DNA of 63,666 nucleotides, filler included, from Octopus bimaculoides (taxonomy: Eukaryota), in NCBI RefSeq assembly GCF_001194135.2. It is 8 parts of 7 records of this genome, joined end to end, with 100 filler letters (N's around TTAATTAATTAA, not from the genome) between each part and the next. Parts side by side here need not be neighbours in the genome. Positions count along the whole stretch, not along the records: positions 35,231 to 56,455 come from NC_068999.1; positions 56,556 to 59,081 come from NC_068996.1; positions 59,182 to 60,431 come from NW_026403786.1; positions 60,532 to 62,506 come from NC_068987.1; positions 62,607 to 63,666 come from NC_068987.1; 3 more parts are not named here. The stretch is one strand, 5' to 3'. How positions within the stretch are numbered: position 1 is the first letter of the stretch; the number at the start of each line of letters is the position of its first letter. Position numbers and translations under genes: made by a program. Positions 53,022 through 63,611 of the stretch are shown in pieces. The notes beneath the pieces were generated by a model. The model was given only the letters and a program-made list of their open reading frames with translations. It searched no databases and had not been told where the DNA came from.

Positions 53022-54959
53022 NNNNNNNNNNNNNNNNNNNNNNNNNNNNNNNNNNNNNNNNNNNNNNNNNNNNNNNNNNNNNNNNNNNNNNNNNNNNNNN
53101 NNNNNNNNNNNNNNNNNNNNNNNNNNNNNNNNNNNNNNNNNNNNNNNNNNNNNNNNNNNNNNNNNNNNNNNNNNNNNNNNNNNNNNNNNNNNNNNNNNNN
53201 NNNNNNNNNNNNNNNNNNNNNNNNNNNNNNNNNNNNNNNNNNNNNNNNNNNNNNNNNNNNNNNNNNNNNNNNNNNNNNNNNNNNNNNNNNNNNNNNNNNN
53301 NNNNNNNNNNNNNNNNNNNNNNNNNNNNNNNNNNNNNNNNNNNNNNNNNNNNNNNNNNNNNNNNNNNNNNNNNNNNNNNNNNNNNNNNNNNNNNNNNNNN
53401 NNNNNNNNNNNNNNNNNNNNNNNNNNNNNNNNNNNNNNNNNNNNNNNNNNNNNNNNNNNNNNNNNNNNNNNNNNNNNNNNNNNNNNNNNNNNNNNNNNNN
53501 NNNNNNNNNNNNNNNNNNNNNNNNNNNNNNNNNNNNNNNNNNNNNNNNNNNNNNNNNNNNNNNNNNNNNNNNNNNNNNNNNNNNNNNNNNNNNNNNNNNN
53601 NNNNNNNNNNNNNNNNNNNNNNNNNNNNNNNNNNNNNNNNNNNNNNNNNNNNNNNNNNNNNNNNNNNATATATATATATATATGATAGTTTCACAAAACT
53701 AAAATGGCGAACGAAACAATACGACGCTTCAAAATGGCGAACTGGTTATTTATAACGTTGTGGACCGATTTGACGAAATCAATGCTTTTCATTGATTTCA
53801 CAGAACGAAACGCTGCAACTTGGTTTATTAATTATTGGTAAATAATAATTGAAGCACAATTAAAACATCATGGAGTCCACAATTTTATCATCTGACTGTA
53901 CACACGACAAGACCCTTGCTTTGAGTTTAATTTTTATTTTTTGTGATGGTTATGGATCGGAAAAGCAAGTCAGATTGATATAAAGTATAAAAAGTTCGTA
54001 ACGTTACTGTATGTCGATCGAAAGAAAACTCCAAGCCTTTGATGGAATTTGATTGGTGTGGTTGTTGTTGTTACCATTGTTACATGAGAGAGAGAGAGAT
54101 GATAAATGTAAATTCGAAATAATGGTTTCTTCCGGTATAATTACTGGTACTGGGTTCAAGGATTATCACTCAATTTCTTTTGGAAAAGAGGGAAAAGAAG
54201 AAAAGCCAACCTTCTTGTATTGACTCACAAATATTAAACTTTTACCGTTTTCTTTTTAATTTTGTTTTCTTTATTGTTCTTTCTTGTTTTTTTTCATGTT
54301 TCCCCCACTTGCGAGTGTATATGTATGTCTGTAGATATATATATATATATATATATATAAATGCAAAGACATACATGTATGTATACACGTAATTATATGT
54401 GTATATATATGAGTGTGTGTATGTGTGTGCGCGCATGGATACAAATAAACACATGTTTACACATATAGGCATATGTATATACATATACATACACATGTTT
54501 AAATGTGTGTGTGTATTCGTGTACAATGTATATATTACCGTTATATATATAACACATAATTTATACTATTTATATATCCATATACAATTAAACATAGGCA
54601 TCTTGTGTGTGTGTGTGTATGTATATATATATATATACACATACATGTATGTATGTATGTATGTATGTATGTATGTATGTATGTGTGTGCGTGTGCGTGT
54701 GCGTGTGTGTGTGTGTGTGTGTAACGTAAGCATACGATTACAGTCTACCGCCTACTGAAGTCAATAATAAATCCACCGACAGTTACTGACGATCAATAAT
54801 TGTAAGCCAGGTCACTGTTCCACTTCCTCGCTCCTTAGCATCAACGACAAACTCCAAAGTGCTTCAGTTCATTAAATAAATCGATTTAAACGTGTCCATT
54901 TAACAAACGATATAATTAAGGATTCGATAGAGGGAAGATAATTATTAAAAGAAACGTTA

Positions 54960-55170
54960 GAATATCAGTCAAAATGCCTTACATTATTTAGTTCCAGCCC
55001 TTCGCATTCTGAGTTCAAATCCCACCAGCGTCATCTGTTTGAATATTGAGTTTAATTGGGGGGGGGGGCTGTTTCAATAGTCGATAAAATACAATACTAG
55101 TCAATTACTGGTATGTAATCGATATGTAATCAATGATAACACTACCACCATTCTTGTGCCTATGTTAGAA
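54960..55170 (+). mobile_element. SINE family B, degenerate
   Basis: TTCTGAGTTCAAATCCCACC...GTCGATAAAATA...CTTGTGCCTATGTTAGAAA. Confidence 0.6.
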
Positions 55171-55699
55171 ATTAATATTGTAAAATGCCTATCGAGCAAT
55201 TCTTGCATGGCCGCACGACCTGCTAGAAACAGTACCCTAATAATCTTTCAAATAACAACTTAGTTGGTAAGAAAAAAGTAAAACGCTAAATGACACAATT
55301 ACTCTAAGATCAATTCACGTGGCGTGTCNNNNNNNNNNNNNNNNNNNNNNNNNNNNNNNNNNNNNNNNNNNNNNNNNNNNNNNNNNNNNNNNNNNNNNNN
55401 NNNNNNNNNNNNNNNNNNNNNNNNNNNNNNNNNNNNNNNNNNNNNNNNNNNNNNNNNNNNNNNNNNNNNNNNNNNNNNNNNNNNNNNNNNNNNNNNNNNN
55501 NNNNNNNNNNNNNNNNNNNNNNNNNNNNNNNNNNNNNNNNNNNNNNNNNNNNNNNNNNNNNNNNNNNNNNNNNNNNNNNNNNNNNNNNNNNNNNNNNNNN
55601 NNNNNNNNNNNNNNNNNNNNNNNNNNATATATATATAAATAACGAACACGGAAGATGTTGAAGATATCAATATAGTCTAAGTTAAATATTAATTTCAAT

Positions 55700-55912
55700 T
55701 AAGGCAGCGAGCTAGCAGAATCGTTTGCACGCCGGGAAAAATGTTTAGCGGTGTTTCATCCGTTTTTACGTTCCGAGTTTAAATTCTGCCGAGGTCGACT
55801 TTCCCTTTCATCTTTTAGGGATCGGCAAAATGAGTACCAGTTGAGCACTGGGGTCGATGCAATCGACTTACCCCCGAAATTGCTGGCCTTGTGCCAAAAT
55901 TTAAAACCAATA
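55700..55912 (+). mobile_element. SINE family B, full length
   Basis: AAGGCAGCGAGCTAGCAGAATCG...GAGGTCGACTTTCCCTTTCATC...GCTGGCCTTGTGCCAAAATTT. Confidence 0.9.
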
Positions 55913-56298
55913 TTAGTTACAATTGTTCCAGTACCATCCTTCTACCAACTACATTCTATATAAATGATTGTGTGCGATAAATTACACACAAAAAAAGAAC
56001 TTGCATAAATTTATCTATGCTTAATTAGCAAGTAATGGCATTTCATCAATCACTTACCAAACCCAGCTATCATGCGCAATTATGAAGACAACATGCACAC
56101 ATATATCCGAAGGTCAGTATATATTTCGTGTTACGCTAAGAAGCGGTGCACAATATTTGAATTCTGAGGAAAGTTTACGTAATGGACGCATTTCCTATTT
56201 TATATTGCACAAACCTGAAACATACGTAGTAAACGATTTCGAAATATCATTATTTGGTTTGACTTCATTATTACAACTATACATACACACACATACAC

Positions 56299-56347
<49 letters not shown>

Positions 56348-56678
56348 GAGTCAGTTCTACACACACTGGCTGAAGTATAACAGGCTGACGGGATCGCAAA
56401 TAATTATAATTAAAAATATGCGTTGGTATGAACAGCGGAATGACAGCAATAAACANNNNNNNNNNNNNNNNNNNNNNNNNNNNNNNNNNNNNNNNNNNNT
56501 TAATTAATTAANNNNNNNNNNNNNNNNNNNNNNNNNNNNNNNNNNNNNNNNNNNNTATTTAGCTTTTCCTGATTTTTTAATTCTTCTCTGTTTGTCTGAC
56601 TGTCAATTTCTTTTCACATGGTACCACGTGAAGAGAGATATTCACTCAACAGTAAAGCTTCTCATAAATCTTGATTTA

Positions 56679-56757
<79 letters not shown>

Positions 56758-57291
56758 CCCTCATGCAGTACCAGGCAGTGGCTTTCATGGCTTCTGATTT
56801 TAATTGACTGGAAGTGTTATCATATCATTGCCTTGTCTTGGTATAAAAGATGGGCTACAGCAAATAGTCTGATTGTCAGCTGTTTGACCATGACCAGTTC
56901 AGCATGTCCCTTGGTGGCTGAAGATATGTGCATCTCTGATCATGAGCAGAAGTAGTGGAGGAGCATCATAGCCATGTGTTGAGAGGAATTCTTTGGGGTT
57001 TGAATAAATCACCTTTGGAAACATGGGTAGTTTGCTCAACATCCTTAAACAACGCTTATTCAGGGTCCTTATGAGCAGGATGGGCTACTCGACCTGAAAG
57101 AATTCTAACTGGGCCCCACCTGCGATGTCATGCGCTGTTCATCTTGATATGAGATCACCATGTTATGCACATATGGTTGTGATGCATGTGCCTGGTGTAC
57201 CCTTATCAGACGTGTGGTTATGATGGGTATATTGGGCTTCGTATATTTTACCCCAGTGTCACTTTGATGGCATGCACTGTTCTGTAACTCA

Positions 57292-57384
<93 letters not shown>
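56679..57384. repeat. (AAT)n tracts (56679-56753 and 57292-57384) flanking an inserted element
   Basis: Direct reading. Confidence 0.95.
56757..57292. mobile_element. ~535-bp non-coding interspersed element embedded in (AAT)n
   Basis: Flanked on both sides by long (AAT)n tracts. The first ~180 bp are homologous to 32186-32384. No ORF. Confidence 0.8.
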
Positions 57385-57385
57385 T

Positions 57386-58140
57386 AAGAGGAGCAAAACT
57401 GCAAGAGGAGGAAAACTAACTTAGCCATGTAATGGATTGATTATCGTAAATCGTACGATATGATCCCACATTCTTGGATTATGGAATGTATGAACCTATT
57501 TGGTATTGCATCGAATGTTGAGCGATTGGCTGGAAAAAGTATGGCGAAATGGAAGACGGAACTGACAGCATATGGAAGAAGTTTAGGGACAATAAAAGTC
57601 AGGAGAGACATCTTCCAAGGGGATTGCCTGTCTCCAATGATCTTTATTATGTGCATGATACCAATAACACTGATTCTGAGGAAAGAAAAGTCCTGGTATG
57701 TATTCAAAAACCGGCCAACACAATGTCAGCCATTTGTTATTCATGGATGACCTCAAACTTTATAGTAAAGATGAAGCCCAAGTCAGTTTCCTCGTTCATA
57801 CAGTGTATACCTTCAGTGCTGATATCAGAATGGAGTTCGGACTGAAAAATTGTGGTGTGTTAAACCTGAAGAGAGGCAAAACCAAATGTATGGACGGGCA
57901 GGCGATACCATCAGGGGAGGTTATGAAACAGAGAGAAGAGACGGCCTATAAGTACTTGGGGATTTTGGAAATGGATAAATTGATGGAGAAAGAAATGACA
58001 GAAAATTTTAAGGTGAAGTACTTGTGCAGATTCACACTGATCCTTAATTCAAAATTAAACGGATTAAGATTAAAGCTATGAGCACCTGTGCGGTTTCACT
58101 CCTTAGATGTGGAGCAGGGGTAATCGCATGGACAGTCGAC
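57386..58140 (+). mobile_element. R4/Dong-like non-LTR retrotransposon reverse transcriptase fragment
   Basis: RKTNLAM*WIDYRKSYDMIPHSWI...IFQGDCLSPMIF..(fs)..VSHLLFMDDLKLYSK...IRMEFGLKNC...YKYLGILE...LNSKLNG..IKAMSTCAVSLLRCGAGVIAWT. The FMDDLKLY and YKYLG motifs are typical of R4-clade RTs. Confidence 0.93.
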
Positions 58141-58330
58141 ATTCTGTAGAATTTAAACTCAGATTGTAGTGACGGACGATGTGTTGCTAAGTATTTCGCT
58201 CGGCGTGCTGGCGATTCTCCAGGCATAAGGCGTGGAGTTTTGAGAAAGAGAACTAGATGATTACATCGAACTCAGTACACCTCTGGTATTTACTTTATCG
58301 ATCTCTAAAGAACGGAAGGCAAAGACAGAT
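58141..58330 (-). mobile_element. Family B SINE fragments truncating the R4 RT
   Basis: GAATTTAAACTCAG...GCTCGGCGTGCTGGCGATTCT (head), followed by a body fragment TTTATCGAT..GAACGGAAGGCAAAG. Confidence 0.7.
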
Positions 58331-59425
58331 GATGATGTTTCTTTATAAACCACGCACGATTAAATACACGCTGTAGAGAAATCAGGATTGCAATACCAAT
58401 GAAACGTAATGAAGTGAAGTTAAAGTGAGTTGCGGGTGAGATGTTATATAAATAACGGCTTAAACATTTGGATAATAGCCACAGAATATGTAGAATATTT
58501 AGCAAAACGCTTTTTTATTGAAACAAAATAAAATTTGAATGAAAAGGAACACAGAAAATACATAAGGCTAAACATCCCATGCACAGATGAAAACACAGAT
58601 TATTTTGGACCAGAACACCAAACAACATTGACCTCTTGCTTCTCTTTCTTTTACTGAGTGACATTTCCTCCATTTCTTTCTCTTTTTTTCTCAGTGGAAC
58701 TTGTTTAGAGAATCTCAACATGCGCGTGTTGACTTTCTTTTAATAATGCATAGAATGTTATGTGAATCCTATATTAATGACTTATATAGTACATATTTAT
58801 GATTGGCATCGTCTACAAAGTTCCCCAAGTATTTCGCCGTCAAATTCGCAAGTGGAAATAACAAGACTTGTTTATTTCCACTGCTGCTACTCAGCTGCGA
58901 GTTCATGAATCACATCACATCAAAACGGATGTGGGGACCTCACAATTTTTTAACTTTCTTTGACTTGGGTTGCTTTTAACTCCTCCTCCTCCTCCCCTTT
59001 TCCTCCTCCCTTTTCCTACTCCCTTTTCCTCCTCCCTTTTCCTCCTCCCTTTTCCTCCTCCCTTTTCCTCCTCCTCCTCCTNNNNNNNNNNNNNNNNNNN
59101 NNNNNNNNNNNNNNNNNNNNNNNNNTTAATTAATTAANNNNNNNNNNNNNNNNNNNNNNNNNNNNNNNNNNNNNNNNNNNNAAGAAAATCACACTCACAC
59201 ATTTAATAGAAACCTGTAAAGGATAGTCATTATACATTGGCGTGAACATGCAGAGTGACACCATGAAGACATAGCCAATTGTTAATATATGATTATAACG
59301 ATCTGATATTGTGTAATGGAACTGTAACTATTGCATGTGGTATTGGATGGATGGATGGATGAATGGATATAGTAGCATAGTTCAATAGATTTAATCTATC
59401 TAAATTTAAGATGAATTATTTGTCA

Positions 59426-59517
59426 GCCCGCATAGCTCAGTCGGTAGAGCATCTGACTTTTAAGAACTGTTATGTGATGAAATCTGAGGGTCGCGGGTTC
59501 AAGTCTCTCTGCGGGCG
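59426..59517 (+). tRNA. trnK-UUU: tRNA-Lys(UUU) with 19-nt intron (59463-59481); mismatch in anticodon stem, possibly impaired
   Basis: GCCCGCATAGCTCAGTCGGTAGAGCA...CTTTTA[intron]ATCTGAGGGTCGCGGGTTCAAGT...TGCGGGCG. A and B boxes, perfect 7-bp acceptor stem GCCCGCA/TGCGGGC, anticodon TTT, intron after position 37, TTTT downstream. The 5' anticodon-stem strand is TCTGA instead of TCAGA. Confidence 0.85.
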
Positions 59518-59659
59518 GCGGTTATTCTTTTGGAAATAAATACGAGGTGACATAAGATATCACATGCCAGCTTTATACAACAATCGTTTCAGCCAACAAG
59601 GAATTTGTGGCTAAGTCCATTATATTTCATTTGTCTAAAAGTTAAACCGGCTGTTGGAT

Positions 59660-59753
59660 GCCCGCATAGCTCAGTCGGTAGAGCATCAGACTTTTAAGAA
59701 CTGTCGAATAATATGAAATCTGAGGGTCGCGGGTTCAAGTCTCTCCGCGGGCG
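59660..59753 (+). tRNA. trnK-UUU: tRNA-Lys(UUU) with 21-nt intron (59697-59717)
   Basis: Same cloverleaf, intact TCAGA/TCTGA anticodon stem, anticodon TTT, intron AGAACTGTCGAATAATATGAA, T6 Pol III terminator just downstream. A7-C66 mismatch in the acceptor stem. Confidence 0.88.
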
Positions 59754-60286
59754 GTGTTTTTTCTTTTGGTAATTCTCCCTGAAGCAATACCCAATTGACT
59801 AGTTTCAAATTTGGCAATTTAAATTTGTGTAATTTAATTGATTGGGTGTGGAATCAGCTATAAGCACCTTCTCTAGTTAGGATCACTAGCACTTTATTTT
59901 CATTGAACCTCGCCCTTGCTGCACTTTAAGTACAAGACCATTGATTATTACAATTTAAGATATTATATTATTAGTGCCAAAAAACAAGATATATATATAT
60001 ATATATATAGATAGATAGATAGATAGATAGAGATATCCTTTGGTGAAAAATGAAAATCAAACTCACACATTTAATAGAAACCTGTAAAGGATAGTCGTTA
60101 TACATTGGCGTGAACAGACAGTGTGACACCATGAAGACATAGCCAATTGTTATATGATTGTAACGATCTGATATTGAGTAATGGAACTGTAACTTATGTA
60201 TGTATGTATGGATGGATGGATGGATGGATATCTTAGCTAAGTTCAACAGATTTAATCTATCTAAATTTTCACAACCATTTCTGTCA

Positions 60287-60378
60287 GCCCGCATAGCTCA
60301 GTCGGTAGAGCATCAGACTTTTAAGAACTGTCGTGTAGTGAAATCTGAGGGTCGCGGGTTCAAGTCCCTCTGCGGGCG
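60287..60378 (+). tRNA. trnK-UUU: tRNA-Lys(UUU) with 19-nt intron (60324-60342); best-conserved copy
   Basis: Perfect acceptor and anticodon stems, anticodon TTT, intron AGAACTGTCGTGTAGTGAA, T7 terminator. The only defect is a C50-T64 mismatch in the T stem. Confidence 0.92.
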
Positions 60379-60531
60379 ATGTTTTTTTCTTTTGGAAATT
60401 CTCCCTGAAGCAATACCCAATTGACTGCTTTNNNNNNNNNNNNNNNNNNNNNNNNNNNNNNNNNNNNNNNNNNNNTTAATTAATTAANNNNNNNNNNNNN
60501 NNNNNNNNNNNNNNNNNNNNNNNNNNNNNNN

Positions 60532-60648
60532 GCCTTGTGAGTGGCTTTGGTAGGCGGAAACTGAAGGAAACTAGTCGTCTGTGTATATATGTGTGTGTGT
60601 GTGCGTGTGTGTGTGTGTGTGTATGTGTGTGTGTGTGCGTGTGTGTGT

Positions 60649-60687
<39 letters not shown>

Positions 60688-60880
60688 GCCCCACCATCGC
60701 TTGACAACCGATGTTAGTGTATTTACGTTCTTGTAATTAAGCGGTTCGGCAATAAGAACCGATAGAATAAGTACTAGACTTACAAAGAATAAGTTCTGGG
60801 GTAGATTTGTTCGACTGTAGGCAGTGTTCCAGCATGGCCGCAGTCAATTGACTGAAACAAATGAAATAATAAAAGAACAT
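60532..60880 (+). mobile_element. SINE family A, head lost in the linker gap
   Basis: GCCTTGTGAGTGGCTTTGGTAGGCGGAAACTGAAGG..(TG)n..CCAGCATGGCCGCAGTCAATTGACTGAAAC. Confidence 0.85.
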
Positions 60881-61348
60881 ATATATCAAAAGATGTGGGT
60901 GTGTAATACATATATGTATACGTAGAGAGTGAGAGTGTGTGTGTGTGTGTTTGCGTGCGTGTGTGTGAGACAGAGAGAGGGAGAGAAAATAGATATATAT
61001 ATATATGTATGTATTATATAAGATGTATGCGTGGTATACGTACATGTGTGCGTGTGTGTGTGAGTGTGTGTGTGTGAGTGTGAGTGTGTGTGTGTGTGTA
61101 TGTGTGTGTGTGCGTGTGTGTGTACGTGTGCGTGTGTGCGTGTGTGNNNNNNNNNNNNNNNNNNNNNNNNNNNNNNNNNNNNNNNNNNNNNNNNNNNNNN
61201 NNNNNNNNNNNNNNNNNNNNNNNNNNNNNNNNNNNNNNNNNNNNNNNNNNNNNNNNNNNNNNNNNNNNNNNNNNNNNNNNNNNNNNNNNNNNNNNNNNNN
61301 NNNNNNNNNNNNNNNNNNNNNNNNNNNNNNNNNNNNNNNNNNNNNNNN

Positions 61349-61395
<47 letters not shown>

Positions 61396-61504
61396 TACCA
61401 TCTTCAACTTATTTCAGTCTTTGTATAATAAAGCCTGTTAGTTGTGACGTGCTCTGCTGTAGTTCTCTATCGTTGCTGACTGATATGTTAATGCTCACAT
61501 CGCC

Positions 61505-61537
61505 TCAGCTGCTGCTGCTGCTGTAATTGACGCTGCG

Positions 61538-61570
<33 letters not shown>

Positions 61571-61625
61571 CCTGCTGCCACGCTGCTGCTGCTTTTGCTA
61601 CTGCTGCTGTTGCTACTGCAGCTGC
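61505..61625. repeat. Interrupted (CTG/CAG)n tract
   Basis: Direct reading. Confidence 0.92.
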
Positions 61626-61649
61626 CGTTCATAACTACTGTTCTCCATA

Positions 61650-61745
61650 TCTTTAGTTTGATTGGCTGTTGCTCCGATATTGACAAGAGAGGGGGCGTGT
61701 CCAAAAGAAAGAAAAACGCTTAATGATATTGACCAATCAGAAGTT
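61650..61745. promoter_or_regulatory. Putative Pol II promoter (two CCAAT boxes + GC box)
   Basis: GATTGGCT 61660-61667, GGGGGCGTG 61691-61699, GACCAATCAG 61731-61740, adjacent to a CAG/CTG-rich segment. Confidence 0.45.
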
Positions 61746-62024
61746 TCCCTCTGATGTCATCATCAAAAGTTGCTTTAACAGCTTGTTTCGAGAACATTTT
61801 GCTTCTAAACTATTTCATACACACACATAAACACACACATAAACACACACACACATACACACACACACTGAGGCTCATAAATCACCCACCGCCGCCTACG
61901 CAGCAAGTAATGTATAACAGTCATTTATATTTTTGCTTTTAAACTAAATACGCTCTCATCGCCTATATCTACACATGAAGTTCATATTATTCTGATTTCG
62001 TATATATGCACAACAGTATGTTAC

Positions 62025-62275
62025 ATGTTCGAATCCCGGCGGTGCGTTGTGTTCTCGAACAACACGCTTCGTATCGCCTTACTCCAGTCCACTCAGCTGG
62101 CAAAAAGGAATTATTCCTATATATCAAAGAGTCGTTCTTGTCTCATTCTGTGTCATACTGAATCTCTCTGAGATTTATGTTAAGATTGCTCGGGTCTGTG
62201 GATTACTCAGCCACTTTCATGTTAATTTCACGAGTGGGCATTACCGTTGGTTGCATTGACTACAACCATTGTCGT
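62025..62275 (+). mobile_element. SINE family C, degenerate
   Basis: GTTCGAATCCCGGCGGTGCGTTGTG..CTCCAGTCCACTCAGCTGG...CTCAGCCACTTTCATGTTAATTTCACGAG. Confidence 0.75.
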
Positions 62276-62456
62276 TGTGACCGTCGATGTTCCACTTGTA
62301 TATCAGCATATGTACGTGATCGAACTACATTCGCTATGCGTGTTTCTATCCCGCGCGCACGCTTCTGTGTGCGCTTGTGTGTAGCGAGGTTTACTGACTT
62401 TATTTTGTTAGATATGTATAAATAAGTAAGTATACCTTAGTGTATACATGTTCATA

Positions 62457-62506
<50 letters not shown>

Positions 62507-63024
62507 NNNNNNNNNNNNNNNNNNNNNNNNNNNNNNNNNNNNNNNNNNNNTTAATTAATTAANNNNNNNNNNNNNNNNNNNNNNNNNNNNNNNNNNNNNN
62601 NNNNNNTATATATATATATATATATGTGTGTATATATAGCTGGCCGCCTACACTTTTTTCTGAAAAATAGGGGTAGTTTATCCTGTTCAGGCTATATTAT
62701 TAGCATTATCATGCGTTTGAGAATTTAAAATCACTTCTTTAACTTTCTAAGACATCTCAACGTTTCCAAAAGCAAACTTCGTTTGTTTGTTAATGTTTAT
62801 CGTAATTTGAATTTAACATTAATAATAATGATTAGAATTAAATTTTTACCTCAATAAAATCAAATAAATCCAATAATGGAAAAATGATGTTTCAAATCAG
62901 TGCAAAAATGTTGCTATACTCGTTCGTTTTAGCAATGAAGTTTTTCAGGAGAATGTTAAAAGCGTTTTAATTGCTCCTCCAAAAATGTTAGGGGGTGCGC
63001 TTGCACCCCTTGCTCCCAACCTAA

Positions 63025-63535
63025 TGATTGTATATATTTGGTATACAATGATGCCAGTTGCAAGAGTTTCATTACACATCTGTCAGGAATAAGCTTTTGA
63101 CTGATGGGACCAAATGGATCCAGATGGGACCCATCCTTAAGAAATTCTATACTTATGAGCCTCACTTCTAACGAGATCTTCGTTGAGAATACTTTAAGTG
63201 TTTGAATCTGTGAACTGATTATACGACTGCTTTGAAAAAACACCTTTTCATGTTGTCAGGAAGAGGACTTCTGTATAATTCTGACTCAGTCCAGGGCATT
63301 CCATGTTTTTTCAATTCTTTCCTGCACGTCATTTCTGTTGAAGCAATATTACTCTCCAGGTAGCTGAAGTCACCAACCATCTTCAAATAGTTGCCATTCT
63401 GAGCACAAATATCACCTGTTACGTTGTAGTTCATGCATTAAGTCTTACCAAGATTGACATATAGTCCTATTTGTGCAGCTGCAGTCTCGAATGCATGTAG
63501 CATGAACTTATTGAATCAATGGCGAATATCATTAG
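63025..63535 (-). mobile_element. RTE-clade LINE reverse transcriptase C-terminal fragment
   Basis: MLHAFETAAAQIGLYVNLGKT*CMNYN...YLKMVGDFSYLESNIASTE...LPDNMKRCFFKAVV; decayed. Confidence 0.75.
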
Positions 63536-63611
63536 ATTCTGAGTGGATGAACAGTTAACAAACTGTCAACGGCCAGGCTCAACCGATTTATTTCGCGAAC
63601 TACTGCTATCA

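Larger units (their letters stand above)
59181..60431 (+). repeat. Local duplication carrying the tRNA-Lys genes
   Basis: ~240 bp upstream of copy 1 (59181-59425) matches upstream of copy 3 (~60050-60286), e.g. ACTCACACATTTAATAGAAACCTGTAAAGGATAGTC. TTCTCCCTGAAGCAATACCCAATTGACT follows both copy 2 and copy 3. Confidence 0.9.

Noticed and set aside
56058-56170. Strong minus-strand donor TTG|GTAAGT and plus-strand donor AAG|GTCAGT
   Set aside because: No acceptor/donor combination gave a convincing open coding exon with recognisable protein similarity.
58695-58800. Strong polypyrimidine acceptor followed by a 35-codon open frame (WNLFRESQHARVDF...)
   Set aside because: No good donor and no recognisable homology; it directly follows a CT-rich simple tract.
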